DNA of 32,000 bases, taken from Aciduliprofundum boonei T469. Lineage in GTDB: Archaea > Thermoplasmatota > Thermoplasmata > Thermoplasmatales > Aciduliprofundaceae. A model generated the notes under the pieces. The model worked only from the letters and a program-made list of their open reading frames with translations, ran no database searches and was not told the DNA's origin. The DNA lies in contig NC_013926.1 of assembly GCF_000025665.1 (NCBI RefSeq), positions 960,001 to 992,000 of the forward strand, read 5' to 3'. The position numbers and the translations under genes are program-made. Shown one piece after another: positions 21,791 to 30,070 of the stretch (its first letter is position 1; each line of letters begins with the position of its first letter).

Positions 21791-23034
21791 TTCCAATCCT
21801 CCAGGTACTTTATCAGGGTAGAGCAATCTTTCAATATACTTTTTGTGGAGTTCTTTAACTCTTCCAAATTCAAGCTATCCTTGCTCATACCGCTGTGGGC
21901 TATCAAGTTTCTCTTTGATGTTATCAGATTCCACAGGGTTATCAAATTCACCCCGCTCTTTCTCTCTATCTCATCCACATTACTTCTAAGGTAATAATAA
22001 ACTCCGTTCTTCTCTATTTTCTCCCCCCTCTTCTCCATCGCCATACCTGTTATTCCCTTCTCAACTTCAATTCTATTCTCCCTCTCTAGCCATAGGGAAT
22101 TGTCAAAGTTGGATAGGTAAAAAACGAAGTTTACTATCCATTCTCTCAAATTCTCTAAGCTCTCTCCCAATAGCCCTATCCCTGTTTGGTACTCTGCAAT
22201 CAGCAACTGCTTTCTCAGAGTTTCCTTGCTGAGCTTATCGTAGCAATCCTCGCATCCAAATTTTTCAAATATGGTGAAGTCCCTGTAGAGCAAAGTCAAT
22301 GGCTTAAAGTACTTTTCTAGCTCTTCTTTGACATCTGGAGAGAGTTTAGAGAGATTATATGCGTATTTCATCACATCCCTTATTTGATTTAGGTATATGC
22401 CCCTGCTTATCCTCTCTAACATATTTGCGTACTTTTTGGTATATCTCATACTTGGCTTTGATTCCCTAGCGTACATCTGATTTTGCCACTCTTTCATTAT
22501 TGAGGATATACCCTCGTTTCTACCGTAATCCTTGAGATCTCTGGCAGAGTATATCCACTCTGAAAAAACCAGAGCATCGGAGAGGTCAAAAATTGGGACA
22601 TAATCACCATCTCTGGACTCGTAGGCACCGTAGTAAATTCCGCGAATCTTTATGCCCCTAGCAACCTGAAGGTAGGTCATTATAACGAAGGATAAGAAAG
22701 GTATATGGCGAAAAGCGTGCGTTATATCCAGTATCACTTCATCTCCCTGCTCTAAATTATCGTTGAGTTTGTCTAAAATCTCCCAAACATCCCTCTCCTC
22801 TCTTGGAATGGAAATCTTTATTGCTTGAATTTTCTCATCTTGCGCTTCCCTTTTCAAACTTTCCAAGTTCTTCATCCCTTCCTCCGTGGTTATTACGAGC
22901 CATTTATCTGGATTGAAAAACTCACCGAGGGCGCGAGAAACGAAGGAAGTTTCAAAATAGTTATCCTTCGAGCCGAGGTAATACTTCACCCTTGAATATT
23001 TCCCCGTGCCCATAAAGGATACCAAAACTAGCAC
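21787..23034 (-). CDS. csx1: Csx1-family CARF + HEPN ribonuclease (DxTHG-type)
   Basis: N-terminal LVLVSFMGTGKY, then VILDITHAFRHIPF (DxTH(G/A) motif), and C-terminal RNLIAHSG (HEPN Rx4H). GTG at 23034 follows GGGGTGG and is preferred over the TTG at 23055. Confidence 0.8.
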   Translation of the reverse strand: MLVLVSFMGTGKYSRVKYYLGSKDNYFETSFVSRALGEFFNPDKWLVITTEEGMKNLESLKREAQDEKIQAIKISIPREERDVWEILDKLNDNLEQGDEVILDITHAFRHIPFLSFVIMTYLQVARGIKIRGIYYGAYESRDGDYVPIFDLSDALVFSEWIYSARDLKDYGRNEGISSIMKEWQNQMYARESKPSMRYTKKYANMLERISRGIYLNQIRDVMKYAYNLSKLSPDVKEELEKYFKPLTLLYRDFTIFEKFGCEDCYDKLSKETLRKQLLIAEYQTGIGLLGESLENLREWIVNFVFYLSNFDNSLWLERENRIEVEKGITGMAMEKRGEKIEKNGVYYYLRSNVDEIERKSGVNLITLWNLITSKRNLIAHSGMSKDSLNLEELKNSTKSILKDCSTLIKYLEDWK

Positions 23035-23097
23035 AAAACCACCCCACTTCTGCAAATTTCTTCCATGCCGTTCTATCCTCTTTTTCTATATTAATAT

Positions 23098-24132
23098 TTT
23101 CACAAACCATTCGGTTCTTCTTCTACAGGCTGACATCCAGCACTTTTGGGATTATGCGCAGGGGGTGTTTCCACACCACATGGTACTTCTTCTACGGGAG
23201 CAAGAAGATTATGACGGGAGGATGATAAGGATGTTTCCACACCACATGGTACTTCTTCTACTCTAAAGCAGAAAATTACAGCAATTCTTGATTCATTGTT
23301 TCCACACCACATGGTACTTCTTCTACGAAATAAAGAAATACTACGGACTCAAAGGCTACAATAGCCCAGGTTTCCACACCACATGGTACTTCTTCTACAC
23401 TACGATTTACTCAGGGAATTTATGGGAAATATACGGTTTCCACACCACATGGTACTTCTTCTACATAGAATAACAAAATACATATCAAAGCACAAGGAAT
23501 TAGTTTCCACACCACATGGTACTTCTTCTACATAAACGAAAATAGTGAATCTTCATGGGAAGATAGATGTTTCCACACCACATGGTACTTCTTCTACTAG
23601 ATAGACAAATGTTTAATATGTTGTTATCAGATATAATGTTTCCACACCACATGGTACTTCTTCTACTAGATAGACAAATGTTTAATATGTTGTTATCAGA
23701 TATAATGTTTCCACACCACATGGTACTTCTTCTACGGATATATAACAAAAAAGGATGGCTATAACATATCAGGTTTCCACACCACATGGTACTTCTTCTA
23801 CGAATACAGTCTAATAAACAATGTATTAAAAGAGTTTTATCGTTTCCACACCACATGGTACTTCTTCTACTGGAATGAAAGAGGAAGCGGTTAAAACCGC
23901 AATTGAGATTTTGTTTCCACACCACATGGTACTTCTTCTACAGAATATAATCAGGCGTTAAAAGAATACGAGGATATGGTTTCCACACCACATGGTACTT
24001 CTTCTACCGTGAGGGACAAGAGAGCGACCGCAAGAGCAATAGGTTTCCACACCACATGGTACTTCTTCTACTAGCGTGGGCGTATTGGATGAGATATTGA
24101 ATAGTTTCCACACCACATGGTACTTCTTCTAC
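23098..24132 (-). CRISPR. CRISPR array 2: 16 repeats, 15 spacers
   Basis: Same 29-nt repeat at 23098 (degenerate, ~8 mismatches), 23167, 23233, 23298, 23370, 23436, 23503, 23569, 23638, 23707, 23773, 23842, 23913, 23979, 24043 and 24104. Spacers are 32-43 nt. Leader on the 24133 side. Confidence 0.97.
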
Positions 24133-24389
24133 CTAGATTAACAGATATAGTAATACACTGGGTTTATTTAAACATTTTTAGAGCCATTTTGCGTCAAGTC
24201 TCCAATAAACCCATGAGTATATAAACTCCTGACGCAATATAAAGTGTTTTTATATTTTTATCCTATTTTTCTCTTTGCAAGTAGAACCTGCTCGTATCTT
24301 GTTTTCCTGAATGCAAAAATCATAAAAATGCAAAATATAATAATTTTTATCTTTCAATCCTTATTTTCTTTTAAATACTCCTGACGCAA
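24133..24389 (-). promoter_or_regulatory. CRISPR-2 leader (257 bp), near-duplicate of the CRISPR-1 leader
   Basis: One mismatch in the repeat-proximal ~112 nt and ~18 differences overall versus 18280-18536 (manual count). Same motif set, offset by +5853. Confidence 0.8.
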
Positions 24390-24457
24390 TTTCTACTCTT
24401 AGGTTTTGCATCTCAAAGTATCCTGAGAATTTCAAGTATATTTTGGGGCCTTAAGAG

Positions 24458-24487
24458 AGTTCCACACCATTGCGGTATTTCTTCTAA
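24458..24487 (-). repeat. orphan degenerate CRISPR repeat between the csm5 terminator hairpin and leader 2
   Basis: The - strand reads TTAGAAGAAATACCGCAATGGTGTGGAACT, against consensus GTAGAAGAAGTACCATGTGGTGTGGAAAC. TAGAAGAA, TACC and TGGTGTGGAA are conserved, with one indel. Confidence 0.6.
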
Positions 24488-24518
24488 ATTTGAGAGGATA
24501 AAAATCCTCTCTCAAATT
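24487..24518 (-). terminator. hairpin immediately at the csm5 stop codon
   Basis: AATTTGAGA(GGA)-TAAAAA-(TCC)TCTCTCAAATT forms a 9+3 bp stem with a 2-nt bulge and overlaps the TGA at 24518-24520. Confidence 0.4.
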
Positions 24519-25660
24519 CAATCCAATTTTATCCAGCCAAGAGAGCTGCCATCGGATAGAACATGGCGGCTCTTGGGATACGAGAAAATGTTCGCTCTGT
24601 GCCGAGATGCAGCGCTCAAAATCCTTTGAAGAATCTCTCTAGGGATATTATTCCGCATGTAAATCCATAGGGTCTTGTATGGAGAGCCCGTGCCAAATCC
24701 TATTCTGGCATTTGCACCATCAACGGCAAGCACTTTTCCTTGGCTCTTCTCAAAATTCTTTATATCCCCAACATACTCGTCCAGCGCCTCTTTGATATGA
24801 GCAATCATCTTCTTCTCTGCACCCTCAATATCAGATAAATCATCTTCTCTCAACCCTAAGAGCTCCAGCTTTTGAGGTAGTACCGGATATTCTCTGCTGC
24901 CAAGAGAACTCTTCACCTGCGGAGAAAGGGATATCTTCCCAATGAATTTCCCTTCAACAACCTCTAAAAGCGTATAAGAGCCCCTTCTACCACGGGTTTC
25001 CACTATTGCCTTGTCTATCCATATATCGTAGGATTCCGGGTAAAAATCTCCAACCAAAATATACTTGAACACATCGTACTTTGCATCATATCTAAATTTA
25101 TTTCTCCTCACATTCCCTGTGTAAACAACGAGCTTTTCAAATCTTGAACCAATTCTATCCCTCCTTCTATCCTCGTAATCATCTCCAAGTTTCCTGATCC
25201 CAATTTCATGTATTCCCCTCTGCATTGCCTCCCATAGATTGTATTCTCTAATTTCTCCATCAACGGATATCTCAAAGTACCAGCCGTTATCTTTAAGGTA
25301 CTTAACCATCAGAGCGGTTCTCAAAAATCCCTTTAAACTACTTCCGGGTATGTATGGAATGTCTCCAGCAGAATCTTTTATGCATTCCATTATCCTGTCT
25401 TCCAATCTCTTTATATATACACCTTCTTTGAGCTTTGCAGAGTACCTATCTTTCCCTCTCTTCAATATCTCCATTATGGCACTCAAGTTCTTTCTATCAA
25501 GTTCCTTGGTATATTTCTTGAGAAGCTCAACATCTCCTTCAAATAATTTATCTAAATTCACGCGGTGAAGTTCGTTTCCATCCATATATGAATCCATTAG
25601 CGTGTAATAACTTCCACTTCCAATATGCACGGGGCTCTTGGTATTTATTTGCATTCTCAT
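24518..25660 (-). CDS. csm5: type III-A RAMP protein Csm5
   Basis: 380 aa. Begins MRMQINTKSPVHIGSG and contains IPYIPGSSLKGFLRTAL (RAMP G-rich/IPGSS motif). Last gene of the csm operon. Confidence 0.8.
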   Translation of the reverse strand: MRMQINTKSPVHIGSGSYYTLMDSYMDGNELHRVNLDKLFEGDVELLKKYTKELDRKNLSAIMEILKRGKDRYSAKLKEGVYIKRLEDRIMECIKDSAGDIPYIPGSSLKGFLRTALMVKYLKDNGWYFEISVDGEIREYNLWEAMQRGIHEIGIRKLGDDYEDRRRDRIGSRFEKLVVYTGNVRRNKFRYDAKYDVFKYILVGDFYPESYDIWIDKAIVETRGRRGSYTLLEVVEGKFIGKISLSPQVKSSLGSREYPVLPQKLELLGLREDDLSDIEGAEKKMIAHIKEALDEYVGDIKNFEKSQGKVLAVDGANARIGFGTGSPYKTLWIYMRNNIPREILQRILSAASRHRANIFSYPKSRHVLSDGSSLGWIKLD

Positions 25661-25670
25661 CTAAACCACC

Positions 25671-26513
25671 TTATATCACGACCGGAACTCCAACCACCGA
25701 GTACTTGGGATGAACATCAACAACCCTACCAAGTGGAGAGTAATCTGACGGAATGACGGAGCCCTCAACTAATGCTCGCATTTTTGGTATCACTTTTCCA
25801 TCCTTGGTGTATCCAGTTATCAGCTTTACCTCGTACCTGCATCTCTCAAAGGGAAAACCCCCTAGTTCTTCTTGGCTCGGTATGTATTTTGAAAGGATCA
25901 TGCTATACATTCCATCATTCTCTAACTCATAATCTTCCAAGCTGACCTTGAAATGCCCAAACCCAGTGCTTCTCTTCTTGGATATACCCATGTCCCCCAA
26001 GTACCTGAAAACCGCCAGTACCCTATCTTTTATCTCATTGCTCATTTTCACCAGTATCCAAGCTTTGTGCGTGTACAAGCCAGCTGTCTTGTAATAAATC
26101 GTGGATGAGCCACCGTATCTCCCTATAGAAACTCCGGGCAACTCAACGGTTTTTATACCTGCAGTATCGTCACCTATGATTTCTTCAACTCTTTCCTTGG
26201 AATATTTTCCCTCTTTCAAAGATTTTATTGCTAATCTCTCATCAACAAACTTTTTCTTTTTAAATCTCTTGAAATCTTTGTACTCTAGTTTTTCCGTTGG
26301 AAGCATGGGCTTGAACACATAGAACTTACCCTCCTTTGTAGGCATGGGTGATGATACTCTTAGCTCTCCATTTTTAATTGTCTCTAAAATTTCAGAAGCA
26401 CTACCATAGAGTTCGGAATATGCATTAATGATAGAGCCGTAAATCTTTATTGAATCAAACTCTCCAGCGAATGCTCCTTCAGGGTTGAGGATTAACCTGT
26501 ACCAAGAGGTCAT
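25671..26513 (-). CDS. csm4: type III-A Cas5-family RAMP protein Csm4
   Basis: Follows csm3. C-terminal part includes the glycine-rich motif ISKKRSTGFGHF. Start at M22 (26513, MTSWYRLILNPEGAF) preferred; the track start at 26576 would overlap csm3 by 98 nt. Confidence 0.75.
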   Translation of the reverse strand: MTSWYRLILNPEGAFAGEFDSIKIYGSIINAYSELYGSASEILETIKNGELRVSSPMPTKEGKFYVFKPMLPTEKLEYKDFKRFKKKKFVDERLAIKSLKEGKYSKERVEEIIGDDTAGIKTVELPGVSIGRYGGSSTIYYKTAGLYTHKAWILVKMSNEIKDRVLAVFRYLGDMGISKKRSTGFGHFKVSLEDYELENDGMYSMILSKYIPSQEELGGFPFERCRYEVKLITGYTKDGKVIPKMRALVEGSVIPSDYSPLGRVVDVHPKYSVVGVPVVI

Positions 26514-27297
26514 CCAAAGAACCTCCCTCGTAAATCTTCTTTCCTTCTGTACTTCCCTCGGAACTTCCCTTTTCATAGTAAGCTACATCTCTCTCTAAAA
26601 TTTCCAAATCTTTGAATGACAATTTTCCATAGCCCCTGGAGCCAAAGCCACCGAGGTAATTGTCCTCTAGCATTCTCATGCCCTCAAGGAGCATGGAGAG
26701 CAGAGATTTTTCATTATCTCCCTCGTATATTGAGAGTACAATCTCAAAGGTGAACTCAGATTCTGCAGGTATCCTTTCCACAGGTCTTGGATTCGCAGCA
26801 CTCGTGAGTCTGTTTATTGCATTCTCCATCTTGACCTCTGTACCTCCAACTATATCTGGGTACTCTTTCCACCTCCTTATTGTATCTTCCGTGGGATAAG
26901 CATCTCTTACAATTACACGGGACAAATTTTCTTCAAATCCAGAAGTTTCTGCAGGTATACCAAAAAGCATTGGAATTATATTAGCTTTTGATGTAGAATA
27001 TTTTATGCAATTTTTATTGCCTATCTTTACATACCCGTTTGGACATTTATCGGTATCCTTTGTCATAGTTATATCTGCATAGGTAATCTCCAAAAGTGAC
27101 CTGATTTTTCCCTTTAAACTGCTTCCCGGGATATACGGGATCTCTATCAACCTCCCCTCATGCATCTTGTAGGTTGTTATAACGGGATTATCCATCCCCC
27201 CAATTTCCACGGTTTCTTTCAATCCACCTATGTGCAACCCAGTAATGAGTTTTATCTTCCCTCGTATCACTAAATTCTTAACAAATTTCTTACCCAT
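26479..27297 (-). CDS. csm3: type III-A Cas7-family backbone/RNase subunit Csm3
   Basis: GKIKLITGLHIGGLKETVEIGGMDNPVI ... IPYIPGSSLKGKIRSLLE is the canonical Csm3 N-terminus, including the Asp of the DNPV segment. Confidence 0.85.
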   Translation of the reverse strand: MGKKFVKNLVIRGKIKLITGLHIGGLKETVEIGGMDNPVITTYKMHEGRLIEIPYIPGSSLKGKIRSLLEITYADITMTKDTDKCPNGYVKIGNKNCIKYSTSKANIIPMLFGIPAETSGFEENLSRVIVRDAYPTEDTIRRWKEYPDIVGGTEVKMENAINRLTSAANPRPVERIPAESEFTFEIVLSIYEGDNEKSLLSMLLEGMRMLEDNYLGGFGSRGYGKLSFKDLEILERDVAYYEKGSSEGSTEGKKIYEGGSLDDLLVQVNPQP

Positions 27298-27310
27298 TCA
27301 TCTCACCTCC

Positions 27311-27754
27311 TTATTTACCACCATGGTACTTGTGGTAGGCCACTATCGATTCAAAAACCCTCTCAAAGTTCAAAAATATCTGCTTTGGATCTTCACTATC
27401 GGTAATTTTCTCAACCATTTTAGAAACGAAATCAGCAAATTCCTCTGGCACATTATTCCTTCCTTTAGCATACTTTATTGCTGGCACTATTTGCCAAAGT
27501 TCCGGTTCCAATTTTTCCCAACTTTCCCTTTGAAGTCTATAATCTATATTTTTAACTACATCAAAGAATTTTCTCAATTGTGTAGTCTTCAAAGAGTCAT
27601 GGAAGTATTTTGTCTGGGTGATTTGATCTATTAATCCACCATCTTTAAGTAGTCTCTTCCAATCTGGAGTCTCTCTGACGATCTCTCTTTTTATTTCTTC
27701 AAAATTTCTTTTTACTATTTCTTTTTCCTCTTTCTTATTCTTATTTGAATACAT
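27311..27754 (-). CDS. csm2: type III-A small subunit Csm2 (Cas11)
   Basis: 147 aa and helical. TTQLRKFFDVVKNI is the typical Csm2 motif. Lies between cas10 and csm3. Confidence 0.8.
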   Translation of the reverse strand: MYSNKNKKEEKEIVKRNFEEIKREIVRETPDWKRLLKDGGLIDQITQTKYFHDSLKTTQLRKFFDVVKNIDYRLQRESWEKLEPELWQIVPAIKYAKGRNNVPEEFADFVSKMVEKITDSEDPKQIFLNFERVFESIVAYHKYHGGK

Positions 27755-27755
27755 C

Positions 27756-30023
27756 CTAACTCACCTCTTTTCCATACTTTCTACTCATAACCCATATTGA
27801 CACTCCAACTGGAATGTGCTTGAAAATACCCTCTTGGGATAATTTATCAAGCAAATCGTATCTACTTCCTTTCCTACGAGCAAAATAATACCTCAAATAT
27901 GGCTTTGGACTGGGAATAACAACATCTCCTTTCCCCAGAGGTTTATCTGCAAAGAATGAAGGACTAAGCTTATGGAGAACCAAGAGAACATGCGATAAAG
28001 ATGATGAAATTTCTCCTTTTTTCTGCGCTTCCCAAAGTTCGTTGCCCATGTCCACCTGTGCTTTGAAATCGTCCCAAGACAATACATCTTCAAAGATCTT
28101 TATCTTATTTCCTCTCTCTACGCACATGCTCACATCTGCAGAGTAATCCTTTGCATCTCCAAGATGCTCTTCAGCAACATTAACAGCCCTGCGAATAGGA
28201 AATTTCTCATCAAAGAAAACTATAGATGCGGATATATGCAAATTCTCATTACCCCCTGTCCACTTGGCAAAGGAATCTCGCACATCCAACGCAAATTTAA
28301 TTATCTCATCGTACCTGCCCACTGCTGTAAGGTCATCCCCACCAGAGAATATAACATAAATGTTGTTCTTCTTAGCAATATTGTTAACTTCCACGGAGAA
28401 AAACAGGTCCATCAAGAAAGAAAGGGTTGATATCCTGCTTATTCTCCTCAGATCTTCTTTGAAACCTTCCTTGAATATCTCACCTAAGCAATCAACATCC
28501 GCTTTGAAAATTCCCATCTTTGTAGTGGCGTTAGAGGTCATTCTATCTTCTAAGGAAGTGCCGGGAGCTAAAAGCTTCGAGATGCTAAGGACTTTGCCAT
28601 ATACACTGGGAATGTATGTTTTCAAGAGTTTGAACCCTCTAACCTTACCCACCGAAGGTATGTTGAAATCCTCTATAGAAAACACTTCATCATCTTCGTA
28701 TCCATAGAAATCCTCCGATATTGTGTAAGAAATTCTGAGATCTCCATATTTGAATGTGAAATGTCCATCCTTGCCTAAGCTTCTTATCAAATACTGGCCT
28801 TTTCCGATGAATCCCCCAAGCTCCGCTGTTCTCTGGCAGGTATCACATATCCCATTTGAATCATTCACATAATGCACTCCACAAACTGGGCATATGTATT
28901 TATCTCTTGAAGGGCTAACATAGAAATCCTCATCTCTCACAAACTCAATATATTTCTTGGACTTTGACTCTTCGTCCATCTTTGAATGCAATTCATACAG
29001 TATTTCGCTGAAATTGTTCAAGTTATCCTTGTGAATCCAAGCAATATTGAGGTATAGCCTTCCAAATTCGTTCAAGAGGAACTCATTCACCTTTCTCTTC
29101 ATTTCCACTAGCTTCTCGTCTATGCCGTCTACATTAGGAACAAGCATCAGGAAATTTCCACCGCTTTGCCATAGGATATTGAAATCATACAAGTCAAGCT
29201 CTTCTTGTATATACCTCACTGCAGAATCTATTATTAAGTTTATCAGCAAGCTCCTTCCACGCATTCTTTTAGTACCTTTCTCATCCACAACCTGCTCTTC
29301 GCCACCTTTTAAATTGTAAAATATAAAATTTTGTATCCCAGATAAATCACCCATTATAATTGTGTACTTCTCTTTTTTATTGCTCCTGTACTTGCATAGT
29401 GCTATGGCAGCCGTGGTTTTTAGATGGTCGTATAGAGGGATATCTGGGACGCTAACATAGATGGCCGATGGTACATACTTGGTGTATTTCAAAAGAATGT
29501 AGAGGAGTGTGTTTATATCCTCCTTGCCTTGAATGGTAAGGTTTTTTAATTCTCTCTTTAGCTTGTCTTCTATTGAACCGTATAGAACTTGGGAGTTCGT
29601 TGCATATGTACTTGGATACTGGAGTTTTCTCTCAAGTGAAGCCAAAGAATAACCTACCTTCCCCTTGCTTCCAAATCCTATGTCTATATAGGAATAAACC
29701 GATATGAGTGGAGTTTGGTTGATATTTGTATCTATACCCTCAGACTCCATTCTATCGTGCTCTGCCGATTCCCCATCCGAGTCCTTCAGTATTTTCAAAA
29801 GCTCCGGGTATTTTCCCTCGTAAGATATTTGATGATGAGAAATCACAAGCTTAATGGTTTCATCTTTTATCTCTGGACTAGCATTCAGGTTCTCATTCAA
29901 AAATTCAGCGCCGAAGACTTCGTGTTTCTTCTCTTTGAACCTTGTAGAAGCCCTTTGATTCAATTTTCCTATATCATGCAAAAGAGCAGATAAAACCAGA
30001 ACTTTTTCTTGGATATCGTTCAT
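27756..30023 (-). CDS. cas10: Cas10/Csm1 with intact HD nuclease and GGDD cyclase motifs
   Basis: N-terminal LSALLHDIGK (HD), Zn finger CPVCG..(12)..CDTCQ, and IFSGGDDLTAVG (GGDD codons at 28332-28343). 755 aa. AAAATTAAATA box ~30 nt upstream. Confidence 0.9.
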   Translation of the reverse strand: MNDIQEKVLVLSALLHDIGKLNQRASTRFKEKKHEVFGAEFLNENLNASPEIKDETIKLVISHHQISYEGKYPELLKILKDSDGESAEHDRMESEGIDTNINQTPLISVYSYIDIGFGSKGKVGYSLASLERKLQYPSTYATNSQVLYGSIEDKLKRELKNLTIQGKEDINTLLYILLKYTKYVPSAIYVSVPDIPLYDHLKTTAAIALCKYRSNKKEKYTIIMGDLSGIQNFIFYNLKGGEEQVVDEKGTKRMRGRSLLINLIIDSAVRYIQEELDLYDFNILWQSGGNFLMLVPNVDGIDEKLVEMKRKVNEFLLNEFGRLYLNIAWIHKDNLNNFSEILYELHSKMDEESKSKKYIEFVRDEDFYVSPSRDKYICPVCGVHYVNDSNGICDTCQRTAELGGFIGKGQYLIRSLGKDGHFTFKYGDLRISYTISEDFYGYEDDEVFSIEDFNIPSVGKVRGFKLLKTYIPSVYGKVLSISKLLAPGTSLEDRMTSNATTKMGIFKADVDCLGEIFKEGFKEDLRRISRISTLSFLMDLFFSVEVNNIAKKNNIYVIFSGGDDLTAVGRYDEIIKFALDVRDSFAKWTGGNENLHISASIVFFDEKFPIRRAVNVAEEHLGDAKDYSADVSMCVERGNKIKIFEDVLSWDDFKAQVDMGNELWEAQKKGEISSSLSHVLLVLHKLSPSFFADKPLGKGDVVIPSPKPYLRYYFARRKGSRYDLLDKLSQEGIFKHIPVGVSIWVMSRKYGKEVS

Positions 30024-30070
30024 TGTTGAGCCTATGTTTTTAGTACTATTTAATTTTTGTTCCGTAATTT

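Noticed and set aside
23006-23925. Track ORFs 23006..23266, 23100..23312, 23288..23473, 23500..23925 and 23567..23764
   Set aside because: Same artefact across CRISPR-2 (FPHHMVLLL / FHTTWYFFY / RRSTMWCGN repeats).
25790-25830. Spacer 23736-23772 (GYITKKDGYNIS) versus csm4 codons GYTKDGKVI, a possible self-targeting of a cas gene
   Set aside because: Only a ~10-nt AAGGATGG-type core matches and indels are required. Consistent with chance.
27893-29993. Internal or antisense ORFs within cas10 (27893..28093, 28164..28430, 28360..28707, 29047..29319, 29715..29993)
   Set aside because: They are embedded in the 755-aa Cas10 gene, whose HD, Zn-finger and GGDD motifs validate the main frame.
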